In this document: positions 51,500 to 64,000 of the stretch, in pieces
How positions within the stretch are numbered: the stretch's first letter is position 1
How the letters are laid out: each line of letters begins with the position of its first letter
From: Hypanus sabinus
Taxonomy: Eukaryota
Reading direction: 5' to 3'
Length of the DNA stretch: 64,000 nucleotides
NCBI RefSeq assembly: GCF_030144855.1
Contig: NC_082727.1
Coordinates: 42,656,001 to 42,720,000, forward strand
The notes under the pieces: model-generated
The model's input: only the letters and a program-made list of their open reading frames with translations
What the model was told of the DNA's origin: nothing
Database searches by the model: none
Position numbers and translations under genes: made by a program

Positions 51500-52670
51500 T
51501 CTTCGAGTCACAGAGCAATACAGCCCTTCCGCCCATCCAGTCCATGCTGACCACCATCCAGTGTTGGTTCATATCCCTCTGGACCATACCTCTCCATGTA
51601 TCTATCTAAATGCTTCTTAAATTGTGTTATTCTATCTGTCTTCAAAAACTTTGACTGGAAGATTATTCCATAAATTTACCACCCTCTACATGAAAAAGTG
51701 TTTCCTCAGGTCCTTTTTAGGTTTTCCCCTACTCACTCTAAATGCTCACCCCTAGTTTTTGACTTCTCGAATGAGGTTGTTCCTCATTCTCCTCTGTTCC
51801 AAGGAATAAAGACTTAGCCTGGCCAACCTCTCATGATAAATCAGGCACTCTAGTCCTGACAAAATCCTTGTAAATCTCTGTACTCTTTACAGTTTACCCA
51901 CATCTTTCTTATTACAGGATGACCAAAGCTGTACACAGTATTCCAAGTGTGGCCTCACCAATGACTTATACAACTGCAACATAACGTCCCAAATTCTGTA
52001 TGCAATGCTGTAACTGATGAAGGCCACTGTGCTAAGTGCCTTTCTTAACCACCTTTTATCTACCTTTGACTTTGTTTTAATGAACTATGTACTTGTTCTC
52101 CTAGGTGATCTGTTCCCTTGCATCCCCTAGTGCTCTACTGTATATAGTATAAATCCTACACTGGTTTGGCTTTCCAAAATGTATCACCTCATATAGCAAC
52201 AGCAGCTCCTAATTTAATGTCAACCAAAACTTACTGATGAATTCATATATATTTGCATCCAAATCATTTAATATAAATAACAAGTAGCAAAGGTCCCAGG
52301 GTTAATCTCTGTGGCATACTACTAACTGATAACCTCCATTCTAAGAAAGAACTTTCAACCGCCCTCTCCTTCCTACCTCTGAGCCAATTTGGAAACCACC
52401 TAGCTAGCTCGCTAGCTAGATTCTTTGGGACCTAACCTTTCAGCCCAGCCTGCTAAGCAGGACTTTGTCAAAAGCTTTGCTGAAGTCCACACAGAAACCA
52501 TCCAGATCCTATCCTCATTTACTCTTATGGTTACCTCTTCAAAGGATTAAAAGATTCATCAGACACAACCTCCCATGCACAGAGCCATGCTGACTCCTAA
52601 TCAGACCTTGTCTGTCCAAATGCTGGTAGATCTTGCTCCTTCAGCAAATTTCCCTTTACTGGTATTGGGT
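51500..52670 (-). mobile_element. Decayed CR1 LINE in the last kndc1 intron
   Basis: Colinear similarity to the CR1 copy at 60890-61783. Confidence 0.7.
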
Positions 52671-53935
52671 TTACGGAGCTCAAAGAAGTGAGAAGCATCA
52701 TTCAAGGGGAGGCAGAAAATAATTAATTGCTGCTTTGGTTTATGAGCCAGCTCTATGATCTTCATGGATGTATTAACTGCATCATAATTGCACAACAACT
52801 TCACATCAAAGACAGAAGTTGTGGTCTGCCCACATTTCCCACGATTAGAATATTTTGCTCATTATTTTGCACTGCCCACATTCTGAACCTCAGACTTGTT
52901 CTAAGTAACTGTGATTCTTGCAAAAACATCTGATTCAGTGATATCTAACCTTTTTTTGAGCTGTGATCCACCAAACTATATGGCATGAAAATCTTGATCT
53001 TTTTAGGTGTGGTAAAACAGTGTTACATGGCACACTGATACTGTTTTCTAAAGAACTCGTGGGATCACAATCTTCAAATGCATTCCTTACACCATATTAG
53101 CACTGCTGGTTTCCCTGGTGTAATGGGGCGTTGTCTGACTCATTCTAATAAATTCATGCATTTTGATTATTTGTGACTGCTGGTACTTAGCAATGTCGCA
53201 GGGATTCCCAAGAGCCAATGAAAGAGTCATGTACACAATCCAATGATTCCAATCCGACGTGTGGTGATAGTGAAACATAATTGACCCTAGAGTGATCAAT
53301 CATAGTTGCTCTGAGAAAAAGAGACAAAAAGAGAAAGTTCCCATACAATGCTCCAAAGGAAATATTGAAGGAGAATGACATAATCCTTTGAAACAGATGT
53401 GCTGAGTGGTGCAAGTAATGGAATACCAGGTCACCCCTCCAGACCAATCTGCATCTTACCTGGAAATCATCGTAAATGTGTTTCATTTCAGAGAGGAAGA
53501 AATATATTTTCAGTTGCTAACCCTCAAGAAAACTGTTTGCATGGAATTAAATTACCAGAGCTGAGAATTTCCCAACACCTTTGAAAAGTTTGCAAGTAAA
53601 ACCTCGATATAAATAAAACAATTAAGTAGTCAAGTGGGTTTGGAATTTAGATCTGCAAGTATAAAATCAGATAACTATGTGGCAATTTTTCTCATGGGTA
53701 GGTTTATAGCTGAATTCCTATATTCCATTTGGAGATGATTAACACTAAATTTTAAAAAAGAAAGGTTTAGTGGAAAAATCAATTATATATTATTTTTATA
53801 ACATTAGCATAACAATGTATAATGATGTACATAATCATTTGGAGAAATTGAATCACATCCTGGACAAATATAATCGAGTACTTATGAAAGGATTAATGAC
53901 TTTTAAACCAATTACTTAAGTTTGTCAGGACTCAC

Positions 53936-54093
53936 CTTAACTTTGGCCATTTGTAAGTGCCGTTGGCCATGGTAAAGGCACCTATTTCAAGCTGCTGGAC
54001 ATGCATGGCCAATATACGAGCACATGGTAATGTTGGTTGCAGCAGGAAGTTATCTCCCTCCATTAAACAAAGGCTATCACTCTTCAGGAAAAC
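53936..54093 (-). CDS. kndc1: KNDC1 penultimate exon
   Basis: Acceptor ttatcag|, encodes VFLKSDSLCLMEGDNFLLQPTLPCARILAMHVQQLEIGAFTMANGTYKWPKL(R), donor AAG|GTGAGT. 158 nt, phase 0/2. Confidence 0.92.
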
Positions 54094-54775
54094 CTGATAA
54101 CCAGTTTCAAAAAAAAATTAACAACTTAGAAGAAAAATATATTCTTGTGGGTGGGTGGTGTGCAGGGTTGGAAGATTAGGTAGATACAACCGAGTGGGGG
54201 CAGAGAAGGATAGTGGTGAGGAAACACAGCTGGACAGATATATGGGTGATGAGCAGGTATATGGTCTATTGTATTCAATATTATGGAAATGCAGCATAGA
54301 CTAGGCCATGGTTTAGCAGAACACTTGTCCTTTATTTGCAATGGTCATCTTGAACTTCTGGTTGCATGTCATTTCAAACTGCCCTTTGCATTCCCATATG
54401 TCTTCAGCCTTCTTTGCTACATGCTGAGGCTAAACATAAACTGGAAGAACAACATTTCACATTCTTCTTCGGTACGCTAAAACCAAATAGTAAGAATATC
54501 GAAGTTTCCAGTTTCCGATAACCTCTATCACCCTTGTTCTTTCTCCACTCCAACAAATCCACCTAAGTTCTCTCTCCTTTTGTTGTTCACCATTTCTGTC
54601 CCTTCCACTCTTGCTAACAACACTGGTTACCCTTCTCCACCTGGTTCTATTTAACTATCACCCCAACACCTATCAACCTGGGTTTCTTTTCTCTTGGTTT
54701 ACTTTTCCTATCCCCTTCACAACAAAGTTTCATTTGCCCATCATCCCTCTCTTATCTGATGTCACCTATGACCTA

Positions 54776-54931
54776 NNNNNNNNNNNNNNNNNNNNNNNNN
54801 NNNNNNNNNNNNNNNNNNNNNNNNNNNNNNNNNNNNNNNNNNNNNNNNNNNNNNNNNNNNNNNNNNNNNNNNNNNNNNNNNNNNNNNNNNNNNNNNNNNN
54901 NNNNNNNNNNNNNNNNNNNNNNNNNNNNNNN
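54776..54931. other. Assembly gap (156 N) inside a Penelope remnant (~54250-55030)
   Basis: Run of n characters. Confidence 0.99.
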
Positions 54932-55377
54932 AGCTTCCCTGTATATTCCCAACCCTGTTTCAGGTTCTTAACCCAAAATATTGATTTTGCCTTTATCTTC
55001 ACAGATGCTGTTTGTCCTGCTTATTTCTTGCTGCTTCTAAAAACCTCTCTAACCTGTCGCTTATGCAAGAAAAATTGAATTCATGTAGATTTTGGAAAGT
55101 GAAAGCAATGATTTAAATCCTACTTGAAATTTACTCTGTTTGTAGGAGAAGCAGAACGTGTAAAATGTACCTTTCTTTTGACTCTATTATGCCTTATTTC
55201 TTTATTATTTCTTTAATGTCTGCTTTCATCATTCACATATCTGCAGTGTGTCACAAAGTTATTTAACCTCTCCAAATGTTAGCACCTTTACTTTCATTTT
55301 CATACAGTTTAATAAAGTACTTGCCTATAGATATTTATGTGTATTTCTCATGTTACCATTTGCATGTATGAGAAGTA

Positions 55378-55790
55378 CTGGGCAGCACGATTGTGTAGAG
55401 ATTAGCACCAGTACTAGCAACCCGGTTTCAATTCCTGCCATGGCCTGTAGGAGCTTGTAGATTCTCTGTGTGAATGCGTGGGTTTCCTCTGGATGCTCTG
55501 GTTTCCTCCCACAGTCCAAAGACATACCAGTTAGTAGGCTAATTGGTCAATGTAAATTGTCCTGTGATCAGGCTAGGGTTAATGTAAAGGTACATGGAGC
55601 TTAGAAAAATAGAGGGCTATAGGTAAGCTAGTTATTTCTAAGGTAGGGACATGCTCGGCACAACTTTGTGGGCCAAAGTGCCTGTATTGTGCTGTAGGTT
55701 TTCCATATTTCTATGTTAAACTGGGGGTTGCTAAGCAGTGCGGCTCAAAGGGCCTGCAGGGCCTATTCTATGCCGTACCTCAATAAATAA
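55378..55790 (+). mobile_element. V-SINE/HE1-like SINE with an inserted CR1 tail (~55585-55715)
   Basis: B-box-like ggtttcaattcc and V-domain-like gggtttcctctggatgctctggtttcctcccacagtccaaagac; (aata)n tail. Confidence 0.75.
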
Positions 55791-56294
55791 GTAAAATGTG
55801 ATGGCAATTTGCAAACACACTCCATTAGCAATCACAATACTGATTATGAGTTAAACTGTGACAAGACTTCCAATTTGACATTGCATCTTGTGAAGGTGTA
55901 TTCTTTAGGTTTGCAAAGAAAGATGGTATGAACTGTTTCGCTAACAGAGGGCAATACTTGGCTGTTACCCATGGGCTTCCGGGTAATGTAAATGGCTACC
56001 ATAGATTGGATCTGCTTGCCATCTGCTCTCCTTAAATTCTAATTTGTCAGTCCTCTTCATTCTTGATTTACACAGTTACAAGATTAGTTAGTTAATCCTC
56101 AAAGAAAGAGGGTCTTCTACCATGGCGTAAATGGAAACTCCTGAATCGAACATTGGTTGGTGAGGATTTTATCATAATTAATCCAGCTCACTACTTCAAT
56201 ATGTGTTTCTCTATCAACAGCCAAGTTTTGATGATGGAAGAAAAAGCTTATGCCAATGAAAGAATTCTGGCCACTTCTGAATAATTTACAGTAC

Positions 56295-56354
56295 CTGAAC
56301 ACCAGTTAGCTCTTCCTTGATTTCCAGGGCCTTTGAGGACAAGCTTTTCCATGA
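56295..56354 (-). CDS. kndc1: KNDC1 60-nt internal exon
   Basis: Acceptor ccttttttattttcag|, encodes SWKSLSSKALEIKEELTGVQ, donor CAG|GTACTG. Phase 0/0 and joins both neighbouring exons in frame. Confidence 0.85.
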
Positions 56355-56934
56355 CTGAAAATAAAAAAGGAAGCAGATTTTAAACGTTTTCAATGATGCT
56401 TGTGTTTGGAGACAGACAGCGAAGTGATTATTTTTCAATGTTGAAAAATAAATGTTTTTTGTATTTTCCAGGGAATTACTCAAAATGTCACTTGTTTCTA
56501 TTTACCATACACATAATAATATGTTGGTGCATTAGATAGTTGCATTATTGTAAAAGAACAATGGACTAGCATCAATAGACTAGAAATGTAAAAGAAAATA
56601 TAGCTCAAATCCACATGATTGAAGTAAGTCACCTGCAACTCACTTCGCTACTACAGACAATACTTCGATCTAAGATTAGCTGTTACTTGGTGAACACACT
56701 CGAGCTTCTCAAAGCTGTCCCGAAAACTCCTACTTCACATTGGATATCATTGGCCAATGATTGCCATGAGTCATTGCAGATACTAAAGTGCAAGGATAAA
56801 GTGGGTCAAGCAGCATGCCTGGAGACAAAGGAATGGTTGGCATTTAATGCAGAGACTCTGTGCCTCAGAGTGTTGAAGGAAGACAGACAGTTTATGGAAG
56901 CAAGAGAAAGACTGCAGATGATAGAAATCTGAGT

Positions 56935-57080
56935 GACACACACAAAGTGCTGGAGGAACACAGCAGGCCAGGCCGCACCTATGGAAAGAGTATAGTCAAC
57001 GTCTCAGCCCAAAATGTTGACTGTACTCTTTTCCATAGATGCTGCCTGGCCTGCCAAGTTCCTCCAGCATTTTGTGTGCA
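56935..57080. repeat. Fold-back of two inverted Penelope terminal fragments
   Basis: cacacaaagtgctggaggaac...atggaaagagtatagtcaac pairs with gttgactgtactcttttccat...gttcctccagcattttgtgtg. Confidence 0.85.
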
Positions 57081-58890
57081 TTGCTCAGATAATAGAAGTG
57101 TAATTTCTCCATTACACATTCTCAAGGAGACTTTGTGAACATCCTTGAAGCTTGTCCTCTGTTTGCTTGGTAGCCTCTTGCTGTGATGAAGCTTGGAATT
57201 TTTTGGAAATTTTGGGAATCTGCTGTTGGGCATTAATGAACAACATGGACTCCATCAGACTGATTATTGGTGATTAGGACTCCAATGTTGGGAATGTTAC
57301 TTGGGAGTAGACACTGATGTTAGTTTGTTTATCCTGTCAGTGGATTTGGAAGGATTTGTGGAGACACTGTCAGTGGTATAAAGTCCCAATACTTGTTGTT
57401 ATGATTGCAATGGATTGTGCACATTTTAGATGCATACAACAGGACAGAGGTCACTGATGCTGGGTAGACCATCAGCTCTGAAATGAGTTTGAGAACTTGA
57501 TATTCAAGTAACCTTTTTCATTGGTGGTCAAACGCTGTTCTTGCATAGTAAAGGCAATGGTGAATTTCTTCACTAAAATCTCTCTTCATTGAGAGCCATC
57601 CATATTTCCAGTGTGCTGTTGAACATATTTGTTATTGGAGTGTGGTGTCATGGGGATGGCAGTAGAAAAGTTGGTAGGAGCCCCTTGTTTTGTTCATTTG
57701 AAGTGCAGTATAAAAGATTAAGGTTGATCTATCATGTACTTCAGTGATCAAGAAGAGGATAACTTAAGCTCAGTCTCTGAAAGTACTGAAGCTCAATGCA
57801 AGAGGTTACGGAGACTTGGGTTTTGCTATGGATGCACATTGATCAAATTTCTGTCAGTCATAGAAAGATAAAGTACTGAACTTGGATGTTCAGCCAACAA
57901 AATTCATGCTTACCGCCAATCACCCATTTACCCTAATCTCTACATTCATTTTGTTCTTCTCCCCAAATTTTTACCAACTCTGCCCAGAGTCTGTCACTGA
58001 CCTACACATTAGGAGCAACTTAGTGACCAATTAGCATACCATACCACATGCCTTTGAGATGTGGGGTGACAATGGAACACCAGAAGAAGACTAACATTGT
58101 CTCAGGGAGAATGTGCAAACTCCACACTGATAGCATGTGAAATCAGGATTGAATTATCATTTGCAGCACTGTGCTGCCTATAAATCGGAGATGAAGTGAA
58201 GCATTTGGTGAGAATCTTTGAGAAGCTGTTGCTCATGTTGACTGTGGCTGGAAGCTAGAAGCAAATGAACGAGTGCAACCCTTAGAGGGCCAGAGTGCAT
58301 CTTGGAGCAGGGACACATATATGGCTGAAAGCAGGGTTAGGATTATGAGGGGAGAAGGAGGAGATATTTATTTGGCATAGTATCATTGCTAATTTTAATA
58401 GCTTGGTCTATCTGAGAACTATAGTCCTGATAATTCTTAGTTTACCCTTATTCTAACTTCTGGTACACCAAGTTGCTTCCATTAGAGAGCCCATAATTTA
58501 CTCCAATTAATGCTCTTGGTCCCTTATGAGCCATATCTTCAACTCTATCTTCTGTTTTGTCAAGATCATTCCATGCCACAGCTTGTGTCTCATCCTTTAT
58601 TACCAGTCAGATTTACTATCACTGTCATATGTCATGAAATTTGTTGCTTTGCAGCAGCAGTACAGTGCAAAACCGTTCAGAAATCGAATGACAGAGGGAT
58701 GAAAGGGATCATTAAAAAAAACAATAGGGACCAATTAGAAGTAGAACCATAGTCAATATTGTCCCTTTGCATAGCCCAGAAGTGATGTGATCTTTGTCAA
58801 ATCATTATTTAATTGGCTTTGACTGCACAAGAACTCTAGTATTAATTGCCTAAAGTGAACAAGTTCTTTACCAACCTCAGTAATACTTAC

Positions 58891-59013
58891 CGGTAACTGA
58901 CGTACTATCAGATTTTCCAGGCTACTGAGAATTTGCATGGCCGTAGCAAAATTTCTCCATTCATAGCAAAGCTGTCCAATGGACAGGAATTTTGACAGCA
59001 GTGCACTTTGTGA
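58891..59013 (-). CDS. kndc1: KNDC1 internal exon (RasGEF domain)
   Basis: Acceptor ttgttttttacag|, 123 nt, phase 0/0, SQSALLSKFLSIGQLCYEWRNFATAMQILSSLENLIVRQLP (RasGEF RNFxxxxxIxxxL motif). Donor CCG|GTAAGT. Confidence 0.92.
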
Positions 59014-60129
59014 CTGTAAAAAACAAATGAATCACAGATGTTAGCTTCTTTCCTGTTTGCCAAGCAACAGCAGGGATGATCTTCTTTTCTTTTACATATA
59101 ATTTACAAATAATGTTAATGTGCATGATAAATGTGGATATTTCTGTTATTTTTCTGCCAATACTGAAACATGATAATAAAATGCCTTATGACTGCAAGTA
59201 TCCAATGAGTCAAGTAAGCATTTATAACCAACAACTCTATACTAATTTAAACTTTCGGACCAAGACTTTGAGATGATGATTTTTGCCATGTGGAGAGATG
59301 TAATCAATATTTTATGAAGCAAAACAGCTTATCTGTACGGGGGTGGTGGACCGGCAAAAAAGAGTTGCAAATTCCTTACCCAAGAGTTTAGCAAGAATTC
59401 TGGAAACAGTCAAAAATAAGCTAAAATAATTGCAAAGTTATAATACATGATGAGTTGAACACCATTCAAATGAATGTTATAACGGCTTGGAATAAAGATG
59501 AATTTCAAAGTCAATTATGAATTCTCTTTTTCTGAGTAGCATCAAGCAGCCCTATTTAAATACTCAATGTGAAACAAGAGGAAGTCTCTGGCTAGAAATA
59601 ATATGTGGTAAAGATGAGGTGGTTTTTGTCCTGGAGACCATTGATTTTATTTCCAGGTCATTGCTACACTGGCTTCCTATGTTAGTTTATTAAGCCTGAC
59701 CATCTTCTCACAGTTAATGACTGTTACAGTGCAGATCACAGTCCTAAACCTCATTCTTTCTCCAAGGCCCTGCAGTTAATTTTCTCTTAAGTGCATTTTC
59801 AATTGCATTTGAAATTCCCAATTGGCTTTATTTCCATCTGCCTCAAATCTCCTAGATTGTTTGCCTGTCATAATAAATGCAACCTTATATCCTTGAATCA
59901 TTGCTGATGAAAGCAGCTTATTTCTATGTACCCTGTCATGATTGTGCGCAACTCAATCACATTTCTTTCAATCTTTTTCTCCCTCCCCCAAAGGAAAACA
60001 GTTAAAATGTCTCATCCTGGAACAATTCCTGTTCTCTGTATCAACTCTAGATTGTTTAAATCATTTTTAAAATTCAGTCATCTTTTTCTCCCTCCTTTTT
60101 TCTCCCTCCTTTTTTCTTTGCTGGCATCC

Positions 60130-60530
60130 CTTCTCACTGCTGCCACCTGGAGGAAGGTACAGGAACCTCAGGACCCATACTACTAGGTTCAGGAACAGTT
60201 ACTACCCCTCAACCATCAGGCTCTTGAACCAAAGGGGATAACTTCACTCAACTTCACTTGCCCATCATTGAAATGTTCCCACAACCAATGGACTCACTTT
60301 CAAGGTCTTTTTATCTTACTTGTTGCTTATTTATTTATTACTATTATTTCTTATTTTTCTGTTTACACTGTTTGTCATCTACTGCACTCTGGTTGCACGT
60401 CCAAGTTTGGTGGTCTTTCATTGACTCGGTTATGGTTATTATTCTATAGATTGCCTACAAGAAAATGAATCTCAGGGTTGTATATGGTGACATATATGTA
60501 CTTTGATAATAAATTGACTTTGAACTTTTA
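60130..60530 (+). mobile_element. Rex-type LINE 3' tail
   Basis: ggttcaggaacagttactacccctcaaccatcaggctcttgaacc ... ctttgaacttt tail. Confidence 0.7.
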
Positions 60531-60889
60531 AGACACATATCAGTAATGTTATCCAATACTCTCCACTTGCTCAGAGAAGTCTGGCAGCATCCAAATTGAA
60601 CAGCAAATACTTTTTACCTCAATCATTAATTTCCTCCAACTCTGATAATTATTAGTGCCGTCTGCACTTTCAATCCTTAAGCCATCTCAGACAGCAGTCA
60701 CATTCATCTCTGTGAATACCACCATGTTGATATCTCTATCATACCCCATTCCTTCCTGTCTCTGAGCCAAAATCTTGGAAATTCTATGGGAGTATTTCTC
60801 ATATGCATCAGTGACTCAGGAAGACAGCAGACCACTCCTTCTTTGACAATAAATGTCGATTTGCCAGTAGCACCCATTTACCATAAGTA

Positions 60890-61783
60890 TACCATATAAC
60901 CATATAACAATTACAGCAAAGAAACAGGCCATCTTGGCCCTTCTAATCCGTGCTGAACACTTACTTTCACCTAGTCCCACCGACCTGCACTCAGCCCATA
61001 ACCCTCCATTCCTTTCCTGTCCATATACCTATCCAATTTTTTTTTAAATGACAATATCGAACCTGCTTCTAGCACTTCTACTGGAAGCTCGTTCCACACA
61101 GCTACCACTCCCTGAGTAAAGAAGTTCCCCCTCATGTTAACCCTAAACTTTTGCCCCTTAACTCTCAACTCATGTCCTCTTGTTTGAATCTCCTCTATCT
61201 ATAATGGAAAAAGCCTATCCACGTCAACTCGATCTATCCCACTCATAATTTTAAATACCTCTATCAAGTCCCCCCTCAACCTTCTACGTTCCAAAGAATA
61301 AAGACCTAACTTGTTCAACCGTTCTCTGTAACTTAGATGCTGAAACCCAGGTACCATTCTAGTAAACCTCCTCTGTACTCTCTCTATTTTGTTGACATCT
61401 TTCTTATAATTCGGTGACTAGAACTGTACACAATACTCTAAATTTAGCCTTACCAATGCCTTGTACAATTTCAACATTACATCTCAACTCCTATACTCAT
61501 TGCTCTGACTTATAAAGGCCAGCATGCCAAAAGCTTTCTTCACCACGCTATCCACATGAGATTCCACCTTCAGTGAACTATGCACTATTATTCCTAGATC
61601 ACTCTGTTCTACTGCATTCCTCAATGCCCTACCATTTACCATGTATGTCCTATTTTGATTAGTCCTACCAAAATGTAACACCTCACACTTATCAGCATTA
61701 AACTCCATCTGCCATCTTTCAGCCCACTCTTCTAACTGGCCTAAATCTCTCTGCAAGCTTTGAAAACCTACTTCATTATCCAT
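60890..61783 (-). mobile_element. Young 5'-truncated CR1 LINE
   Basis: LQRDLGQLEEWAERWQMEFNADKCEVLHFGRTN...FFTQGVVAVWNELP; (tatatggt)n-type tail at ~60890-60908. Confidence 0.92.
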
Positions 61784-61884
61784 ATTATACTTACTAACAA
61801 AATATTTTCATTAAGTATGTTGAAATTTAACAAATAAACAAATGAAAATATCAGGATGATGATGAAATTATATTGCACAAACTA

Positions 61885-63486
61885 CAAACCCCATTTCCAG
61901 AAAAGTTGGGATATTTTCCAAAATGTAATAAAAACAAAAATCTGTGATATGTTAATTCACGTGAACCTTTATTTAACTGACAAAAGTACAAAGAAAAGAT
62001 TTTCAATAGTTTTACTGACCAACTTAATTGTATTTTGTAAATATACACAAATTTAGAATTTGATGGCTGCAACACACTCAACAAAAGTTGGGACAGAGTT
62101 AAAATAAAATTGAAAAGTGCACAGAATATTCAAGTAACACCGGTTTGGAAGACTCCACATTAAGCAGGTTAATTGGTAGCAGGTGAGGTATCATGACTGG
62201 GTATAACAGTAGCATCCATCAAAGGCTCAGCCTTTGCAAGCAAGGATGGGTCATGGCTCACCACTTTGTGCCAAAATTCGTGAGAGAATTGTTAGTCAGT
62301 TCAAAAGGAACATTTCCCAACGCAAGATTGCAGAGAATTTAGGTCTTTCATCATCTACAGTACATAATATTATGAAAAGATTCAGAGAATTCAGAGACAT
62401 CTCAGTGCGTAAAGGGCAAGGTCGGAAACCACTGTTGAAATCGCGTGATCTTCGAGCCCTCAGGTGGCACTGCCTAAGAAACCGTCATGCTACTGTGACA
62501 ATTATAGCCACCTGGGCTCGGGAGTACTTTGGAAAACCATTGTCACTTAACACAGTCCGTCGCTGCATCCAGAAATGCAACTTGAAACTGTATTATGCAA
62601 GGAGGAAGCCATACATCAACTCTATGCAGAAACGCTGGCGAGTTCTCTGGGCCCGAGCTCATCTCAGATGGACTGAAAGACTGTGGAACCGTGTGCTGTG
62701 GTCAGATGAGTCCACATTTCAGCTAGTTTTCGGAAAAAAACGGGCGTCGAGTTCTCCGTGCCAAAGATGAAAATGACCATCCTGATTGTTACCAGTGAAA
62801 GGTGCAAAAGCCAGCATCTGTGATGGCATGGGGGTGCATAAGTGCCTACGGCACGGGTGAGTTGCATGTATGTGAAGGTACCATTGACTCTGAGGACTCT
62901 TAGGATTTTAGAGAGACATATGTTACCATCAAGGCGACGTCTCTTCCCGGGATGTCCAGGCTTATTTCAGCAGGACAATGCCAGACCACATTCTGCACGG
63001 GCTACAACAGCGTGGCTTTGTAGACACAGAGTGCGTGTGCTTGACTGGCCTGCTGCCAGTCCAGATCTATCTCCAATTGAAAATGTATGGCGCATCATGA
63101 AGAGAAGAATCAGACAATGGAGACCACAAACTGTTGAGCAGCTGAAGTCTTATAATAAGCAAGAATGGACAAAATTTCCAATTGCAAATCTACTACAATT
63201 AGTATCCTCAGTTCCAAAATGATTAAAAAGTGTTATTAAAAGGAAAAGTGATGGAACACAATGGTAAAATGCCTCTGTACCAACCTTTGTTGAGTGTGTT
63301 GCAGCCATCAAATTCTAAATTTGTGTACATTTACAAAATACAATTAAGTTAGTCAGTAAAACTATTGAAAATCTTTTTTTTGTACTTTTGTCAGTTAAAT
63401 AAAAGTTCACGTGAATTAACATATCACAGATTTTTGTTTTTATTGCATTTTGGAAGATATTCCAACTTTTCTGGAAATGGGGTTTG
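61885..63486 (+). mobile_element. Full-length Tc1 (DD34E) DNA transposon with IR/DR-type TIRs, in a kndc1 intron
   Basis: 214-bp TIRs (61885-62098 and 63273-63486) with ~9 mismatches. TA at the left flank, TC at the right. AAAAGTTGGGA direct repeats at both ends of the left TIR. Confidence 0.95.
62246..63267 (+). pseudogene. Tc1 transposase, disrupted
   Basis: Paired-like HTH, GQGRK, WSDES, FQQDNARPH and SPDLSPIE motifs with D-34-E spacing. Broken by frameshifts (~62735, ~62890) and in-frame TGAs (e.g. 63220). Confidence 0.93.
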
Positions 63487-63869
63487 TCTGATCTTAAACA
63501 ATATACTGGGGTCAATGAGGAAAAACTGAGATAACTAAGGCAAAACCTTCTCAAAGACAGCACATCAAAGGAGAAAGCAGGGGTGTATAGGGAGGGTTAA
63601 GTAGAACCCTAGGTAGTCAGGCTGAACACTAAGTCATGTAAGTGAATCAGATTTTGCATTTTAACAAAAGCATATCCCTGACTGATTAAAATCTGATGAA
63701 ATACAAATAAGTGTCTGAAGTTGTGAAGAGCTGGTTCATAAAACCATCTAATAACTTTGATGGATGCAGATTATTTTAACCATTTCACCAAGATCACTGC
63801 ATTTCAAGAAATGGCTACTATTACAACAGGGTTTTGAGCTATCGAATTATCATAAATTTACATGCTCAC

Positions 63870-64000
63870 CTTACATGTGTTACATGTGACAATTTCAGCA
63901 CAGATCCAGTGGCTGACAGTGTCTGCATATCTGATCAGCTGTAGCAAGTATTGATGTTGTTTATTTTCTGGAACAAATAAATTACTGCTTTCTAAGGATG
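63870..64000 (-). CDS. kndc1: KNDC1 (very-KIND RasGEF) internal exon, 5' end outside window
   Basis: Minus strand reads SLESSNLFVPENKQHQYLLQLIRYADTVSHWICAEIVTCNTCK, matching the CDC25-domain W-x-x-x-E-I-V segment of KNDC1. Donor AAG|GTGAGC. Confidence 0.88.

Noticed and set aside
54611-55078. ORFs spanning poly-X
   Set aside because: Artefacts of the assembly gap.
1-64000. CRISPR arrays, tRNA/rRNA genes, prokaryotic or viral systems
   Set aside because: No regularly spaced repeats or structural RNA genes were seen; the sequence is intron-rich vertebrate DNA.

Overview
Vertebrate genomic DNA, most likely a cartilaginous fish (probably a ray). That assignment is inferred only from the repeat landscape: CR1, Rex1/Babar, Penelope and V-SINE/HE1-like elements. 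The window holds two tandem + strand, three-exon Vent/Vox (Ventx) NK-like homeobox genes. Gene A spans 10484-16533 (237 aa) and has an unusually divergent homeodomain with Pro26. Gene B spans 30989-32210 (241 aa) and is canonical, Ventx1-like. The last five coding exons of kndc1 (RasGEF/CDC25 domain, - strand, 51111 to >64000) converge on them, matching the known KNDC1-VENTX linkage. Three promoter-less CpG-rich islands (~19.7-20.9, ~25.1-26.9 and ~42.7-43.6 kb) carry clustered Smad1/5-Smad4 (BMP) and TCF/LEF (Wnt) motifs, with POU octamers in the first two; one has a perfect TGGCGCC-N5-GTCTG element. Both Vent promoters share an identical TCF-to-CATAAAT offset of 45 bp. Also present are a ~200-bp inverted duplication upstream of gene A, a young full-length but broken DD34E Tc1 element with IR/DR-type TIRs, fossil hammerhead-ribozyme motifs in Penelope repeats, many decayed retroelements and one assembly gap. 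I see no clear evidence of a wholly new biological system. The most promising novelty is the divergent Vent paralog and the cis-regulatory architecture of the cluster. Comparisons to known proteins are from memory and were not run as searches.
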